Below, piece by piece: positions 28,702 through 37,835 of a stretch of 64,000 nucleotides of DNA. The notes below the pieces were generated by a model. The model did no database searches, was not told where the DNA came from, and saw nothing but the letters and a program-made list of their open reading frames with translations. Positions within the stretch are counted from its first letter, which is position 1. The number at the start of each line of letters is the position of its first letter. The translations under genes and the position numbers were made by a program. The DNA is from Bdellovibrionales bacterium (lineage in GTDB: Bacteria > Bdellovibrionota > Bdellovibrionia > Bdellovibrionales > JAMPXM01): NCBI GenBank assembly GCA_043739185.1, contig JAYUEN010000008.1, positions 2,750 through 66,749 on the forward strand. Reading direction: 5' to 3'.

Positions 28702-29064
28702 CTAGGGATCTATTTTTTCAGTTGAAACAGTAGATTTGGCCGCGCGCTTATCAAGCGTAAATTTTACCTCAAAAACCGAGGGATATCCCAAATGCGCATT
28801 CACTTTTTCTCGAATGCTTGCTTTAAAGTAATAGAGCTCTTGAATCCAGGTTGGGTGACTCACCCAAATATATAAAATGCCCTTCTCCATTGCGCAGGGA
28901 AGGGTATTTTTTGCAATGCTTTCACCAACAATTTTGGGCCATTCCCTCTCGAGCCGAAATCTCGCAAAGCCCTGAGCAAGTCCCGACTTGCTATTTTGCA
29001 AAAGCGACTGTAGGACATTCTCCACAGAAAACAAATGGCTTTTACGGTTGGGCTTTTGACTCAT
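28702..29064 (-). CDS. DUF721 / DciA-like protein
   Basis: WPKIVGESIAKNT.P....GILYIWV..PTW.QEL. Confidence 0.8.
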   Translation of the reverse strand: MSQKPNRKSHLFSVENVLQSLLQNSKSGLAQGFARFRLEREWPKIVGESIAKNTLPCAMEKGILYIWVSHPTWIQELYYFKASIREKVNAHLGYPSVFEVKFTLDKRAAKSTVSTEKIDP

Positions 29065-29102
29065 TTAAATGATATAACATTTTTCTCTGAAAAGAGGAAT
29101 CA

Positions 29103-30536
29103 ATGAAGCAGGAAAATTCTCCCATTCATGTCGTCGGGGCTGGCCTTGCTGGCAGCGAATGCGCTTACCGCCTAGCTGAGCTCGGCTATTCAGTCTTTTT
29201 ATATGAGATGCGTGAATCCGAAAAGCCCAGCAGTTTCAGCCCAGCCCATAAGACCTCAGATTTTGCCGAACTCGTTTGCTCAAACTCCTTTGGAAGCTTT
29301 GTAAATACCTCCGCTCCAGGCCAACTTAAATGGGAGATGGCGCAACTTGATTCACTGATATTGCAAATGGGCATTGAAGCACGCGTTCCTGCTGGCCAGG
29401 CACTTTCAATGGATCGTGTCGTTTTTGCCAAACTCGTAACTGAAAAAATCACGCAACACCCTAATATTAAGATTCAAAGAAAAATTGTTCGGAACCTGGA
29501 GGATGTTCCTAGGCCATGTATTATTGCAACCGGCCCTCTCACTCACGATAGTTTGGCCAAAAGCCTTCGCGATCACTTTGGTAAAGATTTTCTGTATTTC
29601 TTCGACGCTATCGCACCCGTGATATCGGCCGACTCAATCAATCAAGAAATTGCCTATAAAGCAGATCGCTGGGACAAAGGATCAAAGGATTATTACAATT
29701 GCCCGCTTGATAAAGAACAATATTTTTCTTTGATGCGTGCAATCTCAGCTGCGCGCAAGGTCGAGCCAAAAGAGTTTGAGAAAAACACTCCTTATTTTGA
29801 AGGCTGTATGCCGATTGAAACCATGGTTGAGCGGGGGCCACTCACCGCCAGATTTGGACCAATGAAAGGCAAGGGCTTAAGAAATCCTCGAACGGGATTT
29901 GCGCCATTTGCGGCAGTTCAACTGCGACAAGATAATCGCGAGGCTACCGCTTATAATATGGTGGGCTTTCAAACTAAAATGAGTTACGCCGACCAAATTC
30001 AAGTCTTTCGCATGATACCTGGTCTTGAGCAGGCCGAATTTTTGAAGTTAGGAAGTATGCACCGAAATCTTTTCTTACATACTCCAAAATGTCTCTCTAA
30101 AGATTTATCTAGCCCGAAGGATCCTCTGTTGTTTTTTGCTGGTCAAATCACGGGAGTAGAGGGCTATTTTGAATCGACAGCTATCGGATATTTAGTTGCT
30201 AATTTTTGCGATCAAAAGTTACGAGGAGAAAGCTTCAGCCCGCCACCTCGAGACTCAGCTTTGGGATCTTTGTTAAATGCCATTACCGACGAAACTAAGA
30301 TCGACTATTTTCAACCAACCAATATTAATTTTTCAATGCTTAAGAAATTTGAAGCCAAGATGCCCAAACCAGATAAGCGAGCCCTGCAGATAGCAACGGC
30401 AAGAGAAGCCTTTACAAATTGGCTGCCATCTTTGGGTAAAAACCTGAAAACAAATTTAGCTATCGAACAGATTGATCTTGAACACAAAGCAATTGTTGCT
30501 GCCGCATTAGCCGTCGAAAATCAAAATGTTTACTAA
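29103..30536 (+). CDS. trmFO: FAD/folate-dependent tRNA U54 methyltransferase TrmFO
   Basis: GAGLAGSE, AELVCSNS, FFDAIAP, YFEGCMPIE, NMVGFQT, FAGQITGVEGY. Confidence 0.95.
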   Translation: MKQENSPIHVVGAGLAGSECAYRLAELGYSVFLYEMRESEKPSSFSPAHKTSDFAELVCSNSFGSFVNTSAPGQLKWEMAQLDSLILQMGIEARVPAGQALSMDRVVFAKLVTEKITQHPNIKIQRKIVRNLEDVPRPCIIATGPLTHDSLAKSLRDHFGKDFLYFFDAIAPVISADSINQEIAYKADRWDKGSKDYYNCPLDKEQYFSLMRAISAARKVEPKEFEKNTPYFEGCMPIETMVERGPLTARFGPMKGKGLRNPRTGFAPFAAVQLRQDNREATAYNMVGFQTKMSYADQIQVFRMIPGLEQAEFLKLGSMHRNLFLHTPKCLSKDLSSPKDPLLFFAGQITGVEGYFESTAIGYLVANFCDQKLRGESFSPPPRDSALGSLLNAITDETKIDYFQPTNINFSMLKKFEAKMPKPDKRALQIATAREAFTNWLPSLGKNLKTNLAIEQIDLEHKAIVAAALAVENQNVY

Positions 30537-31011
30537 ATTTTTCTTTTTCTTATTTCTTGCACAGGGGGCTCCATTGCCATCTTACTCCGACGCACCGGCA
30601 TCTAAGCAAATGCTGACCTATGTATTACGCTTCAAGCCCGGAGAAGATCCGAAAGTAAGGCTTCAAGACTTTGTAAACGAACATAGTTTAAAGGCCGCCA
30701 TTGTGCTCTCAGCCGTAGGAAGTCTTGAGCAGGCGGTTTTGAGATTTGCCAATGACGAAAAATCGACCAAGCTTTCAGGCCATTTTGAAATCGTATCGCT
30801 GAGTGGTACTATTGGCTCAACCAGCGGTTCACATCTGCACATTAGCATTTCAGATTCGACAGGAAAAACTCTTGGAGGCCACCTACAAGAAGGCTCGAAG
30901 ATATATACGACTCTTGAAATCGCCATTGGCGAACTAAAAGATATTGAATTTAAACGTGAGCTTGATCCTCAAAGCACTTACAAAGAACTTAAAGTTTATC
31001 CGCTAAAATAA
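30526..31011 (+). CDS. PPC domain / DUF296 protein
   Basis: FEIVSLSGT, HLHISISD..G...GGHL, TTLEI. Confidence 0.88.
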   Translation: MFTKFFFFLFLAQGAPLPSYSDAPASKQMLTYVLRFKPGEDPKVRLQDFVNEHSLKAAIVLSAVGSLEQAVLRFANDEKSTKLSGHFEIVSLSGTIGSTSGSHLHISISDSTGKTLGGHLQEGSKIYTTLEIAIGELKDIEFKRELDPQSTYKELKVYPLK

Positions 31012-31029
31012 ATTAGCTAGGCAAGAGGT

Positions 31030-31851
31030 CTATTGGTTTTGCTCTAGTGGTTGTCCCGGAGACTTCGGGAAGCTTTGAAAGTCTTCAAGATCTTTTTGTT
31101 CTGAGGGATTGGTTGCAGGCTCTGCTGACTTGACTCCTCCACTTGTGGAGTGACGAAATAATTCCTCTTTTGCCTTTTCGTCTTTTATTTTTCTTTCCTT
31201 CTCCTGCATATTTTTCTTGAGGCTATTGGCTTTTCTGGCTTCATCATATCTTTTAGAATAGGATCGATACTCCTCATTAAATGAATTTTGTCGCTCCCGA
31301 ATATAGTCTTCGAAATCCTTTCGCTTTTCTCGGATCTCTGCCTCAAAACCGCTGCGCTTTTCTTGCTGATCCGAAGTGAACTCACGGCGCTTTTCATCTT
31401 GATTCGAAAAAAACTGACTTCTTTCGCCACTTTCATGCTTTTCTTTGGCAAAATCTTCTCTGGCCTTTTTAAATTCGGCAAAAACTAAATCGCGCGTGGT
31501 CTTTTCATTGTGAGAAAACTCATCCCGCTTTTTTTGCAGCTCACGATCTAACTTTGTTCGACGTTCCCTTACAGCCTTATCAAATCTATCGCGAATTTTT
31601 GAAGGCTCCTGCATTTCACCAAGTTCGTTGGTTTGCATCAGTTGAAGCACCAGAGCCATCTCATCATTGCTGCGTTTGGTTTCGATAGGAATCTGTTTTC
31701 GCTCTTCATCTAAAGCTGAACGGTCTGATTTCAAACTCAATTCATCTCGTGGCCGCGTCTCAGGTATGGCCTCAGAACTCGTAGTTTTTTCATGGGCACA
31801 AGAACTGATTACCAAAATCGCCAACAAAGATTTCAAAAAACTATTAATCAT
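31030..31851 (-). CDS. Charged coiled-coil lipoprotein, function unknown
   Basis: Lipobox ISS-C after ATG 31851; R/K/E/F periodic helical repeats. Confidence 0.7.
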   Translation of the reverse strand: MINSFLKSLLAILVISSCAHEKTTSSEAIPETRPRDELSLKSDRSALDEERKQIPIETKRSNDEMALVLQLMQTNELGEMQEPSKIRDRFDKAVRERRTKLDRELQKKRDEFSHNEKTTRDLVFAEFKKAREDFAKEKHESGERSQFFSNQDEKRREFTSDQQEKRSGFEAEIREKRKDFEDYIRERQNSFNEEYRSYSKRYDEARKANSLKKNMQEKERKIKDEKAKEELFRHSTSGGVKSAEPATNPSEQKDLEDFQSFPKSPGQPLEQNQ

Positions 31852-31951
31852 ATAAGAAAGATGCTCACATAAATGTGAACAAGAGGCAACTGTATCGATT
31901 TGAGACACAATCTTCTCTCATGCTAGCCTAGTCTTTAGCCGAAAAATAAGT

Positions 31952-33568
31952 ATGTTTATCTCCTTCGGAACCAATGCCAGACCCGCTCGTAAAGTCTGGA
32001 TGAGCATCTTAATTTTTTGCGGTATTTGCGCTTTTTCAACGTTTTGGAATATGCGCGCCCAATCTCTGAAAAATGCATTTTTTAACACGTCTTCGTATAT
32101 CAAAACTCTTGAGCTCCAAAACAGATTAACCAAAGAATTTTGTCAGCTCCAGAGAATGTCAGAAAGCAATTGTCAACAACTTGAACTGCTTGTGAGTTCA
32201 AAGAATCCTTTTGAAACAAATTCGATTTCAAATGCCCAATCAAATTTGTATCGAGTAAAAGCAAATACGGTGGCCAAATCATCTGCTTTAAAAGATAAGA
32301 ACTTGGACCCGAAAGACGAGTTTTTACTCCTGATATCTAATGGTCCGCAAGCCGGAGGCCGAATTGTTTTGACGCCTCACTTTTATCAATCCTATTTGAA
32401 TTTTGACCAATCTCGAAGTAAATCTCGAAGTGATTACCTCTTGTTTTTAAAGTCCAATCATTTTGCCTTTAGCCGTTTCGACTCGCTTGTCAATTTTCTG
32501 CAAGCTCATTTTCTATTTAGAAATTGGACTTTGTTGATTGCCAATTTGGTTTTCTTTTTGGCTTTTTCAGTTTTCATTGAAAGTCGATTGGGTGCCGTGC
32601 CTACCCTACTTATATATTTAAGCGGAGGCAGCATCGGGTTATTGTTACAAACTCGCTTTCTCATTGAGGGCGAAAACAGACTGATCGGAGCCTCGAGTTG
32701 TATCAGCGCAATTTTGGGCGCAATTTTGGTTTTATTTTGGCGTCAAAAAATCAATGTCTGGATTGGTTTCTTTAAGAATCGGCGAGGCATATTGATACCG
32801 GCGGCAGTGATATTGCCGAGCATTGCAGTTACGCTATTTGTACTTGAATCCTTTGATTCTTTCTCAAAGCTTGATTTAATTATCCACATCGCGGGTTTTA
32901 GCTCAGGAATGGTTTTTGCCAAAATTTTTGCGTTTATGGATCCCACTTCCACTCGCATTGTCTTCGAAAATGAGGCCAAATATTTTCGCGCCTTTCAAAA
33001 TGAAGTGGTCATTAGGAAAAAGATATTGGCTCTCAAAAAGTTATTTCGCAACTATCCTGAAAGCCAATTGGGCATTGAAAAAGGCTGTGAATGGGCACTA
33101 CAAGAAATAAAAAAGAATTTTGAATTCATGCAAGAACACCTAGATTTTGTGAGCGCTTTAATCGGAAAAAGTGTGAACGAACAATTGAAGCACTTAACGA
33201 AAGAGGAAGTGACTCAGTACCTTTTGAAACTCCCTGTTCAACTCAATTATAGTTTGGTCTGCAAATCAGTTCCAGTTGCAATTCAATTGGCTGTGCAGAA
33301 CGAATGGCTAAACAATAAAAAATATGCATTGAGTTTAGATGATTATTTTGAAATTGAAAGTCGGCTCAATGAAAATCAAGCTCTTCAACAATTTGACAAA
33401 ATTATCACCTCAATCGACTTGGATCTTTCGCAAATTAGCAATCGCGAAAGAACTGATATAGTAAATGTTTATGAAAAATATCGAAAGCTCTATCCCGAGC
33501 ATATTTTAGTAAAAAAATTGGCCTTGCAGGTTATGAAACTAAAGGAAAGAAGCTATCTTACCGCTTAG
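31952..33568 (+). CDS. Rhomboid-family intramembrane protease with a C-terminal soluble extension
   Basis: AN.VFF..F...IESRLG, IGASS (catalytic Ser), HIAGF (catalytic His). Confidence 0.75.
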   Translation: MFISFGTNARPARKVWMSILIFCGICAFSTFWNMRAQSLKNAFFNTSSYIKTLELQNRLTKEFCQLQRMSESNCQQLELLVSSKNPFETNSISNAQSNLYRVKANTVAKSSALKDKNLDPKDEFLLLISNGPQAGGRIVLTPHFYQSYLNFDQSRSKSRSDYLLFLKSNHFAFSRFDSLVNFLQAHFLFRNWTLLIANLVFFLAFSVFIESRLGAVPTLLIYLSGGSIGLLLQTRFLIEGENRLIGASSCISAILGAILVLFWRQKINVWIGFFKNRRGILIPAAVILPSIAVTLFVLESFDSFSKLDLIIHIAGFSSGMVFAKIFAFMDPTSTRIVFENEAKYFRAFQNEVVIRKKILALKKLFRNYPESQLGIEKGCEWALQEIKKNFEFMQEHLDFVSALIGKSVNEQLKHLTKEEVTQYLLKLPVQLNYSLVCKSVPVAIQLAVQNEWLNNKKYALSLDDYFEIESRLNENQALQQFDKIITSIDLDLSQISNRERTDIVNVYEKYRKLYPEHILVKKLALQVMKLKERSYLTA

Positions 33569-33597
33569 GGCTCCCCAAAATGGGCGATTCAGGGCCC

Positions 33598-34056
33598 TTA
33601 TCTCTCTTTTCGCATTTTATTTTGCAATTCCTTTTTAACTGAGCGCTCCTTTAGAAGATCTCTCTTGTCGCCTTTTTTACGGCCAACCCCTAGGCAGATT
33701 TCTAACTTGATCCATCCTTTTTTTAAATAAATCTTAGTCGGGATGCAAGTATAGCCCTTCTCATTTACGGCTCTCTTGATTTTATCAATTTCATTTCGAG
33801 AAAGTAATAATTTGCGAAGACGTTCGGGAACATGATTGTTATATGAACTAGCCCGATACTCACTAATATGGGCGTTTTGCAAAAATGCCTCGTCTCCCTG
33901 AAAGGAAATATAAGAATCCTTCAGATTGACCTGGCCTGCCCGCAAAGATTTAACCTCAGAGCCGGTAAGCTTAATCCCGGCTTCGAAGCTTTCTTCAAGC
34001 GAAAAATCGAATCTCGCCTTTTTATTATCGGCAATTAACTTGATGTCATCGGCCAT
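33598..34056 (-). CDS. smpB: SsrA-binding protein SmpB
   Basis: NKKARFDF, EAGIKLTGSEVKSLR, RKLLL, DKR. Confidence 0.96.
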   Translation of the reverse strand: MADDIKLIADNKKARFDFSLEESFEAGIKLTGSEVKSLRAGQVNLKDSYISFQGDEAFLQNAHISEYRASSYNNHVPERLRKLLLSRNEIDKIKRAVNEKGYTCIPTKIYLKKGWIKLEICLGVGRKKGDKRDLLKERSVKKELQNKMRKER

Positions 34057-34097
34057 GGCTCAATATAACACGCGCCCGGGGCTTGAGCTTCAAGAAT

Positions 34098-34943
34098 TTA
34101 GATAGAATTCAAAAATAATTCACGAAACTCATCGGGACTAAGTTCTTCAGCACGCGCTTTGAATGAAATCTTGGTCTTTTCAAACGCCGCTAATAATAAT
34201 TCTTCTGGTAAATTTCGGCTTGAAAGATATTGCCCCATAAGATTTTTAAAGAGCAGTTTTCTGCGATGTGAAAAGCCAGCTTTCACAAATTTTAAAAAAT
34301 CTTCTCGCTTTTCGATGTCCAGACCGTCTTTCCTAATTTTGAAAATGAGCACTCGGCTTGCGACATTGGGCGGCGGATAGTAGTCTCTTGGAGCACATTC
34401 ACAAAGAAGATCAATTCGCCAAAAATTCTGAGCAATGACAGTGAGCAATCCATAGTCCTTACTTCGACACTCTGCCGTTATTCTTTGTGCCACTTCTTTT
34501 TGAAACATGAGAATCATAGTGGCGATTAAATGTGGCTGCAGTGAACGATCAATCAATAAACTTGAAGATATTTGATATGGTAAATTACTAACCAAAATAT
34601 TTTTTTGCATTCCTGAGATCGGTGCCCAATTGATACGAAGTGCATCTGCTTCAATAACTTCAATCTTTGACTGACTGCCTTCTTCGGCACGAGTTCGCCA
34701 ATATTGCGCGAATTTTTGATCCAACTCAATCAGGCTCAATGATTTTCCCAGTCCTATTAGTTCATCAGTCAATGAACCCAAGCCCGGGCCGATTTCAATA
34801 ATTTGATCCTCCAAATAGCGCTGTACTGCGTTTACAATTCGCTCAATTACGATTTCTGAAACCAAAAAGTTTTGCCCCAGGGAGCGTTTTGGCCCCGCAG
34901 CTCCCAATTCATCTAATCTCGCTAAAAGTTTTGCTTTGATCAT
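34098..34943 (-). CDS. rsmA: 16S rRNA dimethyltransferase RsmA/KsgA
   Basis: KRSLGQNFL, EIGPGLG, NLPYQIS, MFQKEVAQR, RAEEL. Confidence 0.95.
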   Translation of the reverse strand: MIKAKLLARLDELGAAGPKRSLGQNFLVSEIVIERIVNAVQRYLEDQIIEIGPGLGSLTDELIGLGKSLSLIELDQKFAQYWRTRAEEGSQSKIEVIEADALRINWAPISGMQKNILVSNLPYQISSSLLIDRSLQPHLIATMILMFQKEVAQRITAECRSKDYGLLTVIAQNFWRIDLLCECAPRDYYPPPNVASRVLIFKIRKDGLDIEKREDFLKFVKAGFSHRRKLLFKNLMGQYLSSRNLPEELLLAAFEKTKISFKARAEELSPDEFRELFLNSI

Positions 34944-36049
34944 ACTTGGCTACTTCTAAAACCCAACGGGGAGCGCGCCTTAGGCGCTAAATCTTGGGGT
35001 GAAGATTCTCCTTGATTGAGTCGAATAATTCCGGAGAGTCCAATCATGGCAGCATTGTCAGTACAATAACGAAGTGGCGGAATCACGACTTGGCAAGCCG
35101 CCTGAAGTGCCTGCTTAAGAACGCGTTCCCTAAGTCGCGAATTGGCACTCACTCCACCGGTCACTACAATTCTTTTAAGACCAAATTTTTCAGATGCACG
35201 AAATAGCCGCTCAGTTAAAACATCAACGATTGCTTCTTGATAACTGGCGCACAAATTAACTAGTATTTCTTGCTCTGAACTAAATTTTTTTTCAACTAGC
35301 CACTTTTTGGCCTGCCCCTCGAGCTTCTCAAATTCAGCTTTCGAAAAATTTGAAACCAAACGAACCGCGGCACTTTTTAATCCAGAAAAAGAGAAATCGA
35401 AATGGGGCTCATGAATCAAGGGCCGAGGGAAGTTATAGGCTTTCGGATTTCCGAAATGAGAGAGTTGATCAATTTGAATCCCTCCCGGAAAACCAAGCCC
35501 AATCAATTTTGCAAACTTATCAAAGGCTTCACCGGCGGCATCGTCACGTGTGCTCCCTAAGACTTCATAGTCGCCAAAGGCCTTAATGTGATAAAGTGAG
35601 GTATGCCCACCACTAATTGCGAGCGCAATATAAGGATACTTAAAATCTTCAGGCGGCGCATATTGTTCATCTTTAAGAAAGGGTGCGAGTAAATGGCCCT
35701 CTAAATGATTCACTCCGACAAAAGGAATATCTTGTACGAGAGCTAATGATTTGGCGGTTACCAATCCAACTAGCAAAGAACCAATGAGTCCGGGCTCGCT
35801 GGTTACGGCTATACTTTCGATATTCTTTAGTTCAAGCCCCGCTTTGAGCAATGCCTGATCGATCAGAGGCAATAAATTGAAGGTATGATTTCTGCAGGCA
35901 ATTTCAGGAACCACTCCACCAAATTTTTCATGGGCTAAGTTTTGATCCGCAGACATTTGAGCGAGCACCTGACCGTCGTGAGTTAAAATCGCAACAGAGG
36001 TATCATCGCAGCTCGTTTCAATAGCCAAAACATTTTTATAAGTCGGCAT
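34940..36049 (-). CDS. tsaD: tRNA N6-adenosine threonylcarbamoyltransferase TsaD
   Basis: IETSCDDT, GGVVPEIA, NHLEGH, DDAAGEAFDK, FSFSGLK, CTDNAAMI. Confidence 0.96.
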   Translation of the reverse strand: MPTYKNVLAIETSCDDTSVAILTHDGQVLAQMSADQNLAHEKFGGVVPEIACRNHTFNLLPLIDQALLKAGLELKNIESIAVTSEPGLIGSLLVGLVTAKSLALVQDIPFVGVNHLEGHLLAPFLKDEQYAPPEDFKYPYIALAISGGHTSLYHIKAFGDYEVLGSTRDDAAGEAFDKFAKLIGLGFPGGIQIDQLSHFGNPKAYNFPRPLIHEPHFDFSFSGLKSAAVRLVSNFSKAEFEKLEGQAKKWLVEKKFSSEQEILVNLCASYQEAIVDVLTERLFRASEKFGLKRIVVTGGVSANSRLRERVLKQALQAACQVVIPPLRYCTDNAAMIGLSGIIRLNQGESSPQDLAPKARSPLGFRSSQV

Positions 36050-36077
36050 AAAACAAGCATAGCATAAAACGACTCAC

Positions 36078-36752
36078 TTACTTTAAGCTTTTAAGCCGTG
36101 TTGAGGCTTTTTTGGCCTCTCCGGAGTTTGGATATTGGCTGATGACGTCTTTGTAAAATACGCGCGCCTCATCTTTTGATCCCAACTCCTGAAAGCTGAC
36201 ACCAATCTTATAAAGAGCTTCGGCAGCATGCTTGCCCTTTGGATAGGCCTTACGATATTTTTCAAAAGTGATTGCAGAATCTTGCCATTGCTTCTTGGCA
36301 AAAAAATCTTCTGCGAGTTTATATTCGCCCTTTTCTCCACCTTCTGATTTAGCACTCGCAACCGGTGCTTTTTTCATTTCTTCTGTCAGCTGGGTGATTT
36401 GGTTTTGAAGTGCTAATATTTGTCCATCCATTTTCGTCATAACTTCTTGGTGAACAGCTAATTTCTCTCCCAACTCTTTGATCTTTTGATCACGCTGAAC
36501 CAGAGATTTTTCAGTTTTCTCTTCATTTTTATTATTCTTATTGTCGATCACATCAACCCGTGCCGACAATTTGCTAATCGACTCTTCGGTTTCTTGAAAT
36601 TTCGAATTCACATCAGCGGTTGAACGCTGAAGGCTGCCAACTTGTTTTTGAAGTTGCTGCTTTTCTTCAACTTCTTTTACAGAGTCTCGGGTATCGAGAC
36701 AAGCTGGCAAAAATAGGGCTTGTGATATGAGTACTAGAATTAACTTTTTCAT
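36078..36752 (-). CDS. cpoB: Tol-Pal-associated coiled-coil/TPR protein (CpoB/YbgF-like)
   Basis: Lipoprotein-like signal, coiled coil, TPR ..ALYKIG..F..LG...A...Y..VI..YP.S; in the pal operon. Confidence 0.8.
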   Translation of the reverse strand: MKKLILVLISQALFLPACLDTRDSVKEVEEKQQLQKQVGSLQRSTADVNSKFQETEESISKLSARVDVIDNKNNKNEEKTEKSLVQRDQKIKELGEKLAVHQEVMTKMDGQILALQNQITQLTEEMKKAPVASAKSEGGEKGEYKLAEDFFAKKQWQDSAITFEKYRKAYPKGKHAAEALYKIGVSFQELGSKDEARVFYKDVISQYPNSGEAKKASTRLKSLK

Positions 36753-37102
36753 GGCGTAGGGCCCCCATCAGGAGATGCGATTCGAGCGGTATTTTCAGCT
36801 TTTTCAGAATAAAATCGAGATTCTTCAAAGGCATCTTTTGCACCGCTATAATCTCTTTCATTGAATAATTTTTGGCCTTTTTTATAAGCCAGATCGGCAC
36901 GATGCCACAAGCTAGGCGCTAAGCGAGCCGAGCCGGCTTCCTTTGCGTTTTCCCATGCTGAACGTGCGACGGCATAATCTGAAACCGGAATATTTGAAAC
37001 ACAAGAGCTAGCCGCCATTAAACATAAAAAACCTGAAGGAAAAAGAGAGAGCAAATTCCGACAGGATGTATTACGACGCTTCATTTTCTCGTTTCTGATC
37101 AC
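36749..37102 (-). CDS. DUF4398-like lipoprotein
   Basis: ASSC lipobox; A..A.E.A..AGS...AP..W..A; AE..AR. Confidence 0.65.
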   Translation of the reverse strand: MIRNEKMKRRNTSCRNLLSLFPSGFLCLMAASSCVSNIPVSDYAVARSAWENAKEAGSARLAPSLWHRADLAYKKGQKLFNERDYSGAKDAFEESRFYSEKAENTARIASPDGGPTP

Positions 37103-37110
37103 TCTACTTA

Positions 37111-37644
37111 CTACTCAGTAAGAGGCACAAAATTAGCACGACGATTTTTAGAAAAGGCAGATTCGCTGTCACCAGTTGCAACTGGTTTTTCTTTGCCGTA
37201 ACTAATGACTTTCAATCTTTTGCCATCAATTCCGGAATCGACTAAGTATTTGCGAACAGCTTTTGCTCTGCGATCGCCCAATGCTAAATTGTATTCAACC
37301 GATCCACGCTCGTCGGTATGTCCCTCAATTTGAATCGTCGACTTTTCGTTCTTTTTGATCCAATCGATGTTTTCAGAAATGAGCTTTTTTGCTTCAGAAG
37401 TAAGGCCGGCCTTATCATATTCAAAATAAATAGTATGAAGACCGTCGATTTTTCCGCTGTCGCTGCCCTGAGGATCAAAATTGATTGGCTTATCTGTTAC
37501 GCCACCATTTTCGCCAGCTTTTCCTACCGCAGCTGAATTGGTATCTTCAGGTTTAACATCTTTTTTATTACAGGAGCTGGCGCAGATTAAAGCCGCAATT
37601 GCAATTGTAGCCATTGAAAGTTTGCGTGCATGTAGGTGAAACAT
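37111..37644 (-). CDS. pal: Peptidoglycan-associated lipoprotein Pal
   Basis: IYFEYD, IEGHTDERGSVEYNLALGDRRA, SYGKEKP, KNRRA. Confidence 0.95.
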   Translation of the reverse strand: MFHLHARKLSMATIAIAALICASSCNKKDVKPEDTNSAAVGKAGENGGVTDKPINFDPQGSDSGKIDGLHTIYFEYDKAGLTSEAKKLISENIDWIKKNEKSTIQIEGHTDERGSVEYNLALGDRRAKAVRKYLVDSGIDGKRLKVISYGKEKPVATGDSESAFSKNRRANFVPLTE

Positions 37645-37835
37645 AGATACTCCTTTTTTGATCTATTATATTTGAAATTTCTAAGTGCATAATGTGATAC
37701 TTAGACTTTTCAAGAGTCGTTCGGTTAAGGACTATTCTTGAGAAAATTGAGCTTGTTTGTCAATGTATTGCTTAGCTTTGACTGAGGCGTGTCCTATGCC
37801 CAAAATATTTATTTCGCTTGGATTGGTGGCTTAAA

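Noticed and set aside
32410-32432. ATCTCGAAGT repeated twice
   Set aside because: Short in-frame duplication (SRSKSRS) within a coding loop; no array.
33569-33597. Possible tmRNA next to smpB
   Set aside because: The gaps on both sides of smpB are under 45 bp and lack tRNA-like ends.
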